A stretch of DNA of 64,000 nucleotides from Lingula anatina (lineage: Eukaryota > Animalia > Brachiopoda): assembly GCA_051362555.1 (NCBI GenBank), contig CM120649.1:7192001-7256000 (forward strand). Reading direction: 5' to 3'. Below the pieces are notes generated by a model. The model worked only from the letters and a program-made list of their open reading frames with translations. It ran no database searches and was not told the origin of the DNA. How positions within the stretch are numbered: position 1 is the first letter of the stretch; each line of letters starts with the position of its first letter. Positions 1-10,505 of the stretch are shown one piece after another. The translations under genes and the position numbers were made by a program.

Positions 1-634
1 GCTCTACATTGACGTATTAAATCTAAGCACATTAAAAGAAATAAATCATTTTAAAAGATACTTCGCCTGTTTTCTACTTAAGAAGTATGACGTAAAGTCG
101 TTTCCACCCTTCCGCAAAGATCTTGAGCACGTGATTGACTCGTCAGTGTGAGACCCCGGAGGTCGGTGCTATGACCCACAGGTGGAAAACACGTTATGTC
201 TATTCTTATATTCATTACACAATAATATATAAAAAACATTTTACCAAATCTAATTAATGTTTTAAAGTTTTCAATTTCTGCTCAAGACGGTTATTGTTAC
301 CTTATATTACCCCTGTAGCTGTCATAAAATTTTCCTGGTTAAAAAGAAAAATGACACTTGGTTTTCATTAGCTCGACGGGAAACTTGAGGCCATGGAAAC
401 AAATACTGACAAATGCACCCCCTGTAAGTAATGAATTAAGACAAATCATTACACGTTGCTTCACTTTCCTTTTGTATTATACCCTGGTACTAAGTAGTAC
501 ATGTAATGAATCATGGATAATAAAATAGAAAGTGAAAGGCCGAGTGTGATTGTATCTTTCAATGACAAGTGATTAAGACGAAGTGCACGTGTAATCGGTT
601 AACCTGGCGCAGCAAACAGTGTAATAATGCAAAA

Positions 635-840
635 GGGCTCAATCAGAACAAGTTGAACCGCGGACTAACAGATCCGCGGATCAAATATGGCCCATCCAAT
701 TGCAAGCTTGCTGCATAACCCCCTCATGGACACTGAATACATTCCCCGAGCGGATTACGGGGTAAGCTTTAAAGTGGGTTGGCCATATTTGATCCACGGT
801 TCTATTAGTCCGAGGATCACCTTTGGTTGCGAATGCGTCC
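635..840. mobile_element. Palindromic MITE
   Basis: Arm CGCGGACTAACAGATCCGCGGATCAAATATGGCC is the near reverse complement of GGCCATATTTGATCCACGGTTCTATTAGTCCGAG. Confidence 0.6.
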
Positions 841-1326
841 ATAGTCATTTTACGCATCGAGTGGAAGTTTCCGGGACATTACAGAAATCATGGTAATCTG
901 TACAAATTTCCAGAAGCTTATACACTTTAGCAATCTCTAGAAGTAAACTAAGTGACGAGGGAGCTATCTCTGTTTCTATCTGTTGTCGTATATAGTGTAC
1001 ATGTAGGCGTTGACATTTACCATTAGAGTACTAGTATTACTGCTTACTGGGTAATGCGAGCACGTGAATGTGAGCTTATTCTAATGCTGGTGGTAAAACC
1101 GGTAAAATGCAGAATTGGAAAATGTGTGTGTGTGTTATTTAGATAAAAATGCAAAGGATCGACCATTGCTGTAATCTTATCGCCGCCGTTAGGAACCTGA
1201 TGGAGTTCAACCTCCATTCGATTCCTAAGGGTTACATCAGGTTACAGGTGGAGTACGCTAACAATCACGATGGATCAAAACAATCAGAACAATGGGAGAA
1301 TCAATGACAAAAAAAAAATAAAAAAA

Positions 1327-1357
<31 letters not shown>

Positions 1358-1742
1358 AAAATAATGGTCAAACTAAAGATTTTAGAAACAATGTTGTTGG
1401 ATCAGAATTTCGGTATCTCTTGTTTTACAGATAGGAATTATTTCACGAGTATATTAGACGTTATTTTAGTAGGTCTTTTTGTACATTGTGCATGTGTGTA
1501 TCTGTAACTGTACCAGTAAAAAAAAAATTAAACATGCATTTGTCTTTTACCTTATTAATAATGAAAACAACCTATTACTCTTAAATGCATACATATTAAA
1601 GCAAAATTAAGAATGGTCACCAAGTATATGCCAACAAAATTTTGGTAGTTAAATATGCAACACAAAAATATATAAAACTCAGTAATTGTTTATTTGTGCT
1701 AATATCATAACCCATATAAGAAGCGAGTTCATATACTACCCT

Positions 1743-1750
1743 TATATATA
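1743..1750 (+). promoter_or_regulatory. TATA box of the tRNA-Sec upstream (U6-like) Pol III promoter
   Basis: TATATATA lies 25-32 nt upstream of the tRNA start, as expected for metazoan tRNA-Sec genes. A possible PSE lies near 1705-1728. Confidence 0.7.
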
Positions 1751-1774
1751 CTGGGTCATGAAATCATACATAAC

Positions 1775-1861
1775 GCTCGGATGAACCTCAGTGGACTGGG
1801 GTGCAGGCTTCAAACCTGTAGCCGATTAGCGTCGGAGTGGTTCAATTCCACCTTTCGAGCG
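1775..1861 (+). tRNA. tRNA-Sec (anticodon UCA)
   Basis: 87-nt sequence GCTCGGATGAACCTCAGTGG...GGCTTCAAACC...GTGGTTCAATTCCACCTTTCGAGCG closely matches the metazoan tRNA-Sec consensus. Anticodon TCA is at 1810-1812. The long variable arm CCGAT-TAGC-GTCGG and acceptor stem GCTCG/CGAGC show compensatory changes relative to the vertebrate sequence as I recall it. Confidence 0.97.
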
Positions 1862-1863
1862 CC

Positions 1864-1867
1864 TTTT
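1864..1867 (+). terminator. Pol III T-run terminator
   Basis: TTTT begins 3 nt after the tRNA-Sec discriminator base. Confidence 0.7.
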
Positions 1868-2871
1868 GTTGTACGCTGCAAGTGCATTTTCTACTCAGAA
1901 AAATATCCATGTACAATTTATTCATAGTGTTTTTAATCATTTAAGAAATTGAAATAAAATAAATGCTGACCAACTTGCCACTTGGTATATTTGGTCGAGC
2001 CATTTGCTGATTAATTACGAAGTTAGTAAACAAATCTATGGTAAAATTATTAATCAGTGTTTTTTAAAAATCTCATAAATAGGCTACGTGTATTGTATTG
2101 TAGGTGCATTCATTCATTTTAAAAAAGTCTTATCTAATCAATCAAATATTTAACTAAGAAATAATCAAAAATAATTTAATCAACCAATACATCAGATATT
2201 CTTTCCAATTGATTAATGGAACATTGATGCAACTGATGGCAGATTATGATAGCTTGATTTAGGTCCTTTTTAGGAAACTCTGCATCTCGGGTCACCCCTC
2301 GGGTCCGGGTCATTGCTGGTTAATCTAAGGTTAATCATTCGTCTGCTCATTGATTTATTCGTTTATTCGTTCATTTTGTCGGTAGTATATGTTCTGATGT
2401 ATTGTGAAACATTGTATCTCTCCTCCTTCAATTTACTGCTGTCATTCGTCGTTCAGAAAAATAGATGGAACTGTCTTATCTTGACTGATGGCGATACGTG
2501 ACCCTCGACTTATCGGTGTCATTTAAGTCCCCATTTTCATTTATAGGAAGGAGGAAGAAGTTCGCCTCAGATGAAAGTTGAAACATCGTACGTGCAGGAA
2601 ATCATAAGAACTGTAAGACTTGCATTTTCAGTTTCTCCTAAGGGAAAATAACTAAAACTTCCTGAGCACCCCTTCAACATTGTACTGCAAGTAATTTTGT
2701 GATAATTACTTTATAAGATGTACTGTGTTTGTCTCCTGTAACTTGAAAGTGTAACCGCGGTCTTGCTTTGCTCCATATACCACTGTGCTTACGAATCACG
2801 TATGTTTTAGTGCTGATATGAGTTGAACTATACACGAAATATATATTAGGGACAGTTGAAGTATCCTCACT

Positions 2872-3129
2872 GGGCTCATTCCCAATGCAACTATCGTTTT
2901 ACGTAGATCGATCCAACTCCGCGGGGACTCTTGTTGAATGCAATCAGATAAACAGATAACCACGCCTCCTCTTGCTTCCAATGCACTTGTATAATCACCG
3001 GCTTTTTCCTGTAATTTACTCAATGCCAGGAGGAGGTGTCTTAATCTTTTAATTTGAGTGCATTCAGCAAGAGTCCCTGCAGAATAGGATTGACCTACAT
3101 AGAACAATGGTTTCATGGGGAATGAACCC
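2872..3129. mobile_element. Palindromic MITE, family A (PIF/Harbinger-like)
   Basis: Ends GGGCTCATTCCCAAT...GGGGAATGAACCC with an internal fold-back. Homologous to 21530-21746 and 32058-32295. Confidence 0.8.
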
Positions 3130-3306
3130 ACTGTTGACGGTCCTTCAAATTTGGTACTTGTTGTACTTTAACGTGCATAAATAGGATGCCATGATAAATG
3201 TTTCACAAACAGCAGCTTCATTTTCCATTTTCAGTGTGATTCAAAGATGTAGCCAGCAACAAGCATTTATTCACAATATACAAGTCTTCCTAGTCAACTG
3301 AGGGCC

Positions 3307-3447
3307 ATGTGTGTCTCCCTGGTGGCTGCTACAGCAGCCCTGTGCTTGTATGGCTTCCTGAAGGAGCTGCGCCCCTCGGAGTCATTTTTGACACCTTACC
3401 TTGTGGGACCAGATAAGAATTTGAGTGAAACCCAGGTGGACAATGAG
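3307..3447 (+). CDS. SLC19A coding exon 1
   Basis: ATG...GAG|GTTTG; [11 protein letters not shown] motif. Confidence 0.9.
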
Positions 3448-4963
3448 GTTTGCTTTTTTGAAAATTATTTATATATAAATATATATATTTTTTGCCAGTT
3501 TATTTTCATAGTATATGTATATGCATGATGGTTCATTCTGCCAGATATTATGCAAACAAGCAAGCAAACAACAGACTAACAAATGTACATGTACATATAT
3601 ACCAGTACTGTATACATTTTCTGCGGCGTGCAAACACTGCTTAAATTTTTTCTTTCAAATCACACAATACTGCAGTATCTAAAATCTATAAATCTTTGGA
3701 AATTAAGATAAATGATTATCTGAGGCATTTGCAATTTGTGAGTAATTAAAGTAATTATACAAGAAAATAAACATTCAATTCCTCCAGGTCTACCCAGTGT
3801 GGACTTACTCCTACCTCGTCGCCTTAATCGTAGTCTTCCTACTCACTGATCTCCTACGCTACAAACCAGTGATCATCTTCGAGGGTTTGACGTACCTGGG
3901 AACATGGGCCCTTCTTCTGTGGGGGCAGGGGGTCCTGACGATGCAATTGATGCAGTTTTTATATGGACTGGCTACAGCCACAGAGATAGCGTATTATTCG
4001 TACATCTATGCAGCAGTGGAGAAGGACCACTATCAGAGGGTTACTAGCTACACTAGGGCTGCAGTGTTGTTAGGTATGGAACAAAGACTTAGCCCCCATA
4101 TCCATACCTAGATCAATATATCGGGGGGTGTCCATCTCTGAGGGGATTCTTGCTAAATTGCTTTCAGCTTAAGTGGCTTAGATGCCTGGAATACATACTT
4201 GAAGCTGTGAAACGATACTTAATTACCCCCTAACAGCTTCAGTAGGTTTGCCAGACTGAGCTGCATAGGCTGAAAGTAATTTAGTAAAAAAAAAAAAAAA
4301 AATTGGAGAATTTCCTGCTAAGTCAAATTTTCCTTTGAAAAATGTTTTTCTTCTACTCAAGAATCATTGCTAGACACATCCCTGCACTTGGAGCCTATGA
4401 CTTTAACCATATCTTACTAGATAATTGAGTTCTAAATGACTGTCCGGTTGATATTTTGACTCATGTTTTCCTGTACATTTCAGAAGAAAATATTAAGATC
4501 AGTTATTTCTCTTTTGGGGGTTTTATCATATTTAAGGCCTGATTTGGCAAAGAAAAGTAGCTTTGTAGAAAATATGAATTTGGGACGTTTTCAAACACAG
4601 TTTACCTTGAAAGAGTTTAAAAAGTTTGTTTTCCCTTCTAATTTCCAGGGAGATTCATAGCAGGACTCCTTGGTCAACTTCTGGTGTCTTTGGGGCATGT
4701 GTCTTATTTTGTGCTAAACTGCATCTCAATGGGCAGTGTGGGGGCAGCATTCATTGTGGCGGTCTGTCTGCCAAGCGTCTCCAAGTCCGTGTATTTTCAC
4801 CAAGAAACATCGACTGAGAACTCACAACAGCAGGTAGGTGTGGCATAAACTGGTGTAGTGTTAACTTTGTGTGTTTGAGTGTGTACGTGCTTGCATGCAT
4901 GTGTGCGTGCATGTGCGTGTGCGTGCATGTGTGTGTGTGTGTATGTGTGTGTGTGTGTATGTG

Positions 4964-4995
<32 letters not shown>

Positions 4996-7620
4996 AAAGA
5001 GAGGGTTAATATGTGTATAAGAGAGAGAGAGAGAGAGTCGTGCAGTCAGTCGTGCATAATGGCCAGAATACCTGAACTGAAAAAATCTGCATCTGATTGA
5101 CATTGTGAAAATGAATCTTGATATGAAATGTTTTACTATCCCTATTTGAAAATACTTGTCTGCTTTTATTATTGTTATTAATTCTTTGTATAAGTTATAG
5201 CTTCCAAAGATTTATCTTCGTAGTCAGGCAGTGCAGGATTGCATGTATATTTAGGTGTTGTTCATTTAATCATTATACTTGTATATGTTTACATTATCAG
5301 ATTGATGCTAGCCAGGATCCAAACAGAGAAATCGACCGTGAGCGCTGTGCCTCCTGTGATGATTCCATCATGGGCTCCCACCCACCAAGCATCTTGAGCA
5401 GCAGGGCCAGCACACCCAGCACAATTCGTCACAACCTGGGAGTCACACCTAACACACTTGAAACTGGGACTCCATCTTCATTACAGTTTGGCAGTGCTGG
5501 GTTTTTAGGCATGGATTTAGATGCCAGATCGCTGGCATATGGTATGAGTGGAAGTGTTGACAGTAAGATTATGAGGCTGGATAATGAATTTCAAGATTCT
5601 GGGAGCCATTTTTACTCTGACCTGCATCTCCGTAGCAATGTGGATGATACGGTCAGTTGGCAGTCTGTTGACACAAACTTAGTACAAAGATCGCAGAATA
5701 TGAACGCAGCCTGCAGAGATTCTTTTAAAAGTATGTGGCATGATTTTTTGACGTGCTATAGAGACCAGCACCTCTTGAAGTGGTCCCTCTGGTGGGCATT
5801 TGCAATGTGTGGGAATTTCCAAGTGGGAAACTATATCCAGAATATGTGGGACTCCATAAGTCCATCCAGGGACAACCCCAATGTTTATAATGGTGGAGTG
5901 GATGCTGTGTCCACTGCAATAGGTAAAACACCGATTTATCTTGCCAACACTTGAGAATTCCACTACTTTGTCCTTTTTCCTCAGGCATACCTGAGGCATT
6001 TATTGACAAGCATACTTAGTATTCTACTTTTTCACCTGTTTTTGCATCAGTATCTAGATTATTTATTTAATTGGTATGTTTATGTCACTGAAAAAAATGA
6101 ATACACTAGTTTAGGTTGAATTTTGGGTAGAATTATTTTTTTTTTATTCTGTGAAAACATTGCTCAATAGATGATATGCTTTGTTATATTATTGTATTTA
6201 TTTTGTAATACATGTATGAATAATCACCAATATTTGTACTAGTGTGTCTCAAAGACTTTAAATCATTATTCACTTAGGTGCTCTTGCTGCACTCCTGGTA
6301 GGCTTTGTGAAGGTGAACTGGAGGAAATGGGGGGAGGCTTTCTTGGGTGTGATTTCTATACTGGATGCAGTGGTGCTACTTGCCATTTCCTTCTCCAAGT
6401 CTATCTGGCTGGCATATGGGCTTTATATTGCATTCCGGGCCTCATTTCAAATGGTAATCACAATAGCTAGGTGAGTTTTTTATGTATGAGGTGTTTTTTA
6501 TTTTCAGAAATTTTTACAAGGATCTCTCTTACTACAGAACTTTTCAGGAACAGTGTGTCTTTTTTTTTTCAACTCTATGGGTCACCAAGGTTTAAGATTC
6601 TAATGGGCTTATGTTGAAAAAAGTGACTGAACAAATTTACTAAATTCTACTGATCCAGCTTTAGTTTTATCCTGAAGTTTTGCTTGGTGCCACTTTTAAC
6701 ATCACAGAACACAGAAAATTTACAATTAAAACAAAAATCAGCTAAGTTTGTGACATGCTATTGAATATTTTTACCATTTTCCTCTTTGTTTACACCGTTC
6801 TTATTATTGTGTTTACATTTCTGAAATTATAACTGTGTTAAGTCTATTGAGCATTTTAGGTTGATTTTAGTCCTTAATTATTATTTGTATTATTTCAGTT
6901 ACCAGGTGGCGTCAGTGCTAGCAGTAGAGAGGTACGCCTTGGTGTTCGGTTGTAACACGTTTATCGCTGTGCTGATACAGACCATCATGACAGCCATACT
7001 GGTGGATAAGAGGGGGTTGGATGCCACTCCTGACACACAGGTAAGAACCCCCCCCCCCCTTTTTCCTCTTAATTAAAGACAAACAAGAAAAAAATTACTT
7101 AATAAGATATGTTTGACAAACGCGTTTTAAAAAGAAAGGGCTATTAATATGTATTATAAATACTGATGTCAGATGAGGGACTTGGGATCTATAACTTTAC
7201 TTTTTTTCTTTTTCCTAATTTGTTGATATATAGATGTGTAAAACACTATTCAATTTGTAAATGTAAGAATCTAAATAAAAGAAAATAAATAAATGAGACA
7301 GGTATTTAATTTATGGTGAATAGACTGCAGTGGATGTGAAACAAACCTCATCTATCTGGTCAGCCTGTGGTGATATTTTGCTAATATTTTCTACTTTTTT
7401 CTTACAGTTTATAGTTTATGGGTCCTATTTCTTTGTTATTGGAACCATTTTTGCGGTAAAGGCATCCTTCACCTTGGGCCAGAAGAGGTGTTACTGCTCC
7501 AAACTGACAGATTCTAATGTCCCATACAGAGAAATGGATGACAGTAGCATAGATGGCAGTACCGTTGTCAGAGGATCAGGACAGTCTGGATACTCAGAGG
7601 GAAGTTTGGTAATAAATTAG
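3307..7620 (+). CDS. SLC19A3: SLC19A-family (thiamine transporter / reduced folate carrier) MFS transporter, 7 coding exons
   Basis: Exons 3307-3447, 3788-4073, 4649-4833, 5301-5922, 6278-6470, 6899-7040 and 7408-7620 have GT-AG ends and consistent phases. Family motifs: [83 protein letters not shown]19A2 versus SLC19A3 orthology cannot be resolved. An acceptor at 3233-3234 implies an upstream non-coding exon. Confidence 0.93.
3788..4073 (+). CDS. SLC19A coding exon 2
   Basis: CCAG|GTCTAC...TTAG|GTATG; VYPVWTYSY and [10 protein letters not shown] motifs. Confidence 0.9.
4092..4286. mobile_element. MITE family B, right end truncated
   Basis: TTA|GCCCCCATATCCATACCTAGATC; homologous to 20693-20943, 33928-34171 and 36426-36650. 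Confidence 0.7.
4649..4833 (+). CDS. SLC19A coding exon 3
   Basis: CCAG|GG AGA TTC... reads [14 protein letters not shown]...SVYFH; ends CAG|GTAGG. Confidence 0.88.
4868..5037. repeat. (GT)n/(GA)n microsatellite in SLC19A intron
   Basis: Imperfect GT run followed by a GA run. Confidence 0.9.
5301..5922 (+). CDS. SLC19A coding exon 4 (long cytoplasmic loop + TM7)
   Basis: TCAG|ATT...ATAG|GTAAA; [10 protein letters not shown] and YNGGVDA motifs. Confidence 0.88.
6278..6470 (+). CDS. SLC19A coding exon 5
   Basis: TTAG|GT GCT CTT... reads [19 protein letters not shown]...[12 protein letters not shown]; ends AG|GTGAG. Confidence 0.88.
6899..7040 (+). CDS. SLC19A coding exon 6
   Basis: TCAG|T TAC CAG... 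reads [21 protein letters not shown]; ends CAG|GTAAG. Confidence 0.9.
7408..7620 (+). CDS. SLC19A coding exon 7 (TM12 + C-terminal tail)
   Basis: ACAG|TTT ATA GTT TAT reads FIVYGSYF and runs to the TAG stop. Confidence 0.88.
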   Translation, partial: FIVYGSYFFVIGTIFAVKASFTLGQKRCYCSKLTDSNVPYREMDDSSIDGSTVVRGSGQSGYSEGSLVIN

Positions 7621-10215
7621 CTGACACATTGTACCATCGATGAACCAGTGGTTTATTGATATGCCTTTGACATTGCATGTTTGACAGATATCACAGTGAC
7701 TCTTCACACATACAAAGTAGCACCAGCTTAAACGAAAAATTTACATGCTGGCCTAATTTCAAATGCTTTAAATTGATGAACCTGGTTAGAGTTCAACTCA
7801 TTAGACTTAAGAAGTCTGTGTTGTTTAAATGTCCAAGGTGCAGTTAGAATCAGTTATGTAAGCTTCTCCACCAGAGGGCATCTGGGTGATGATGTCCTTC
7901 TTATTCATTTATTTTTTTTGCAAAATTTGCACCTGTCGTACAGAAATTGTACAAAATTAACCAGAGGAATATTTGTGAATATCAGATGAAAAAATCTTTC
8001 TGGATATGTGTAATTTGATTTTCCTATCAAATGCAGATTGTTGAGTAATTTAGTTCAGTGTATGTATGATAGATAGGCAGATGAACAGAATTGTTTTACA
8101 GACCATGGGAGAGAGGTCACTTGGTGAAAGGCAACCGAGCTCCTTCAGAATTTTTTTTTCTGTTGCGGTGCAATACAAAACAGGGTAAATCATTAATTGG
8201 TTAGCCTACTATTAAAAAAGTCTCCAAATCCATTTTAGTCCCATTTTTGATTTTTTCAAAATTTTATTATTAAAGTAAGATTAGCATCCCCACTGTCCAA
8301 ATTTGAGACACAACTGTAACATTGTAGCTCAAATGCCTAATAAGGTTTACATGTTGTGTTCATGAAAGGTAAAGCTGAATTTTATTTACCAATTTGAACT
8401 GCAATTCAGCAAAGATTCATAGATTCTGAAATATATTTAAAAGAAATACTGTGCCACTTGTGCAAGGTCTCAAATGAAATATTAATTTCTAAGTTGTTTT
8501 AAGTTGCCTTAAAATTCAAAGTAAGCATTTAATGACTGTAGAAAATACTCAATAACAGGGCAGATAGATTGTTTTTGATATGCAGGTATCATTCTGATTT
8601 ATTTTAGAGAACTTGACAGAAATAACATTAAAAAATTTAGCAAAATTTAGGAATTGAAATCTATATATTTTGTACTAACTTACAAGTTTATTTACCAGAG
8701 CCATAACAGCAAAGTCATATCAGTCCCCAAGAACAAAAAGTGCCAATTTGTGTTTTCCTTTATGTCTAAATATATATATTCACATTGTTGAAATACATTT
8801 TTTGTGTTGTAATCTAAAAGAATGAAGATGAAGAGCTTTATGTACAATATTATGTTTTCTTGAACAACAAACACTGATGTTGATTGTTTTCTCTAATTAG
8901 ATGTAGAGGGGGAAAGAGTGATCTCTTTGACGTTATGTGAAGAAAGTCTTTTATATATGCCCACCAAATATGTGACATAGGGCCCAGTGACTTCTGGGTT
9001 ATAATATTGTCACTGTGGCATTCTGGTGACCTTGAAGTTGAAGTTGGTGGGCAGTTTGTTGTAGGTTATGGTAATGACTCTTTCTTTTCAGTGGAAAAGT
9101 TATCAAATTGAATCTTTCAGATACATATCATACATAGTTTTGGAAGTTGATTTCAATTTTGTTGCCACTAAATAGGAATGTTCTGATTTTAAAAAATTAG
9201 ACCTCAAAAGAAAACAGTAACTGTAAAATTCACAATTTCCGTCATTAAAAGGATTGAGTCATTACTATACTATTTCTTATATTTGAAGTAAAGGAAATAA
9301 TTTAACATAAAGAATTTCATTTGCCAATAGTTGTAGAAAGTTGAAGTGAGATTTACCAGTCAGTAAGCATTATTACAGATTCAATTCACTTGAATGCCTG
9401 ATTAGTTACTCAAAATATCATGTAGCGTAAAATATAATGTATAAATTCCAAAGTGTGTTGTTGGGATTTGGCATTAATTATATAACATACAGCTAGCCTG
9501 TGGCTAGAGTTGGTGTTGTTGGGGGTGGGAGCTTTAATAGAACCGACCTCTTTGTGAGAACTTGTTTCAGGCTACAATCAGTTTCAGGTTCAATTAGCAA
9601 TTTTGGAAATTAGTTAATGTTTTCTTCATCACAAAGGTTAAGGAACTTTGCAATAAAGTAAGCCCACTGATGCTATATCTACTGTTGAAACTAGAAACAA
9701 CAAGAACAAATAAATATTATTATTATTATTTATTATGTTTATATATTTGTCATAATCCTGCACTGCAGAAATGCTTGCAATATTTTGGGTAATTAACGAC
9801 CCATAACAATTTACCTTACCATTGTTAATAGTTAAAAGACTGGGATTACCGGGGGATACCAGCTCTGGGCACGCATTTAACCTGCATGTAATGTACCTCC
9901 AACTTTTCAAGTTTGGGGCACTTTTCAAGGTTCAGTTTCAAGGTTCAGTTATGTTTTGAAATTTAGAAATTGTGTCAACGTCAACAATTGAGGCAAGGTG
10001 TCACCTTTCACTGTCATAATTATTCATTCATTTTTACTTAAAAAAGAAACTAAAAAAAGGACACCATGCTCAGGCTGAGAGCAGTTTTGGATCACATAAT
10101 CTGAACTAACAAAAAAGAATGAAGGCTTAATCCCAATAACAAAAATATTTTTCAACTGCTATTGTGCGTTTTGTGGCACAACCGGGCGAAATTTAAATGA
10201 AATACACAGAAAACA

Positions 10216-10505
10216 TTAAACAATAATTAAAGGAACTAGTAACCAAAGAATTGCGAAATTAACCAGTGTAGACATGCTATTTAGCCTTGTTCCTTCTGAT
10301 GCACGGATTTTTTGAACACCGGCGGAATCATCCGGGCACTTGGCACTCGTCGTCTGCTCTTCCTCGTTCTCGAAATTCCACGTGCCACAACGCGGGAAAT
10401 TGCGTGGAATTGGCGGAAAGTCTTTCTTTGGGTCACCGACTTTGATAACAAGAGACATGCCGCTTTCTGAGTGAATTAGTATGTGACAATGGAACAACCA
10501 AAAAC
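10216..10505 (-). CDS. MCO coding exon 9 (HCH motif + hydrophobic tail)
   Basis: [16 protein letters not shown]...[12 protein letters not shown]...[16 protein letters not shown]. Confidence 0.93.

Noticed and set aside
4861-5103. HT/VC-repeat ORFs (also 24313-24630)
   Set aside because: Translations of (GT)n/(CA)n microsatellites.
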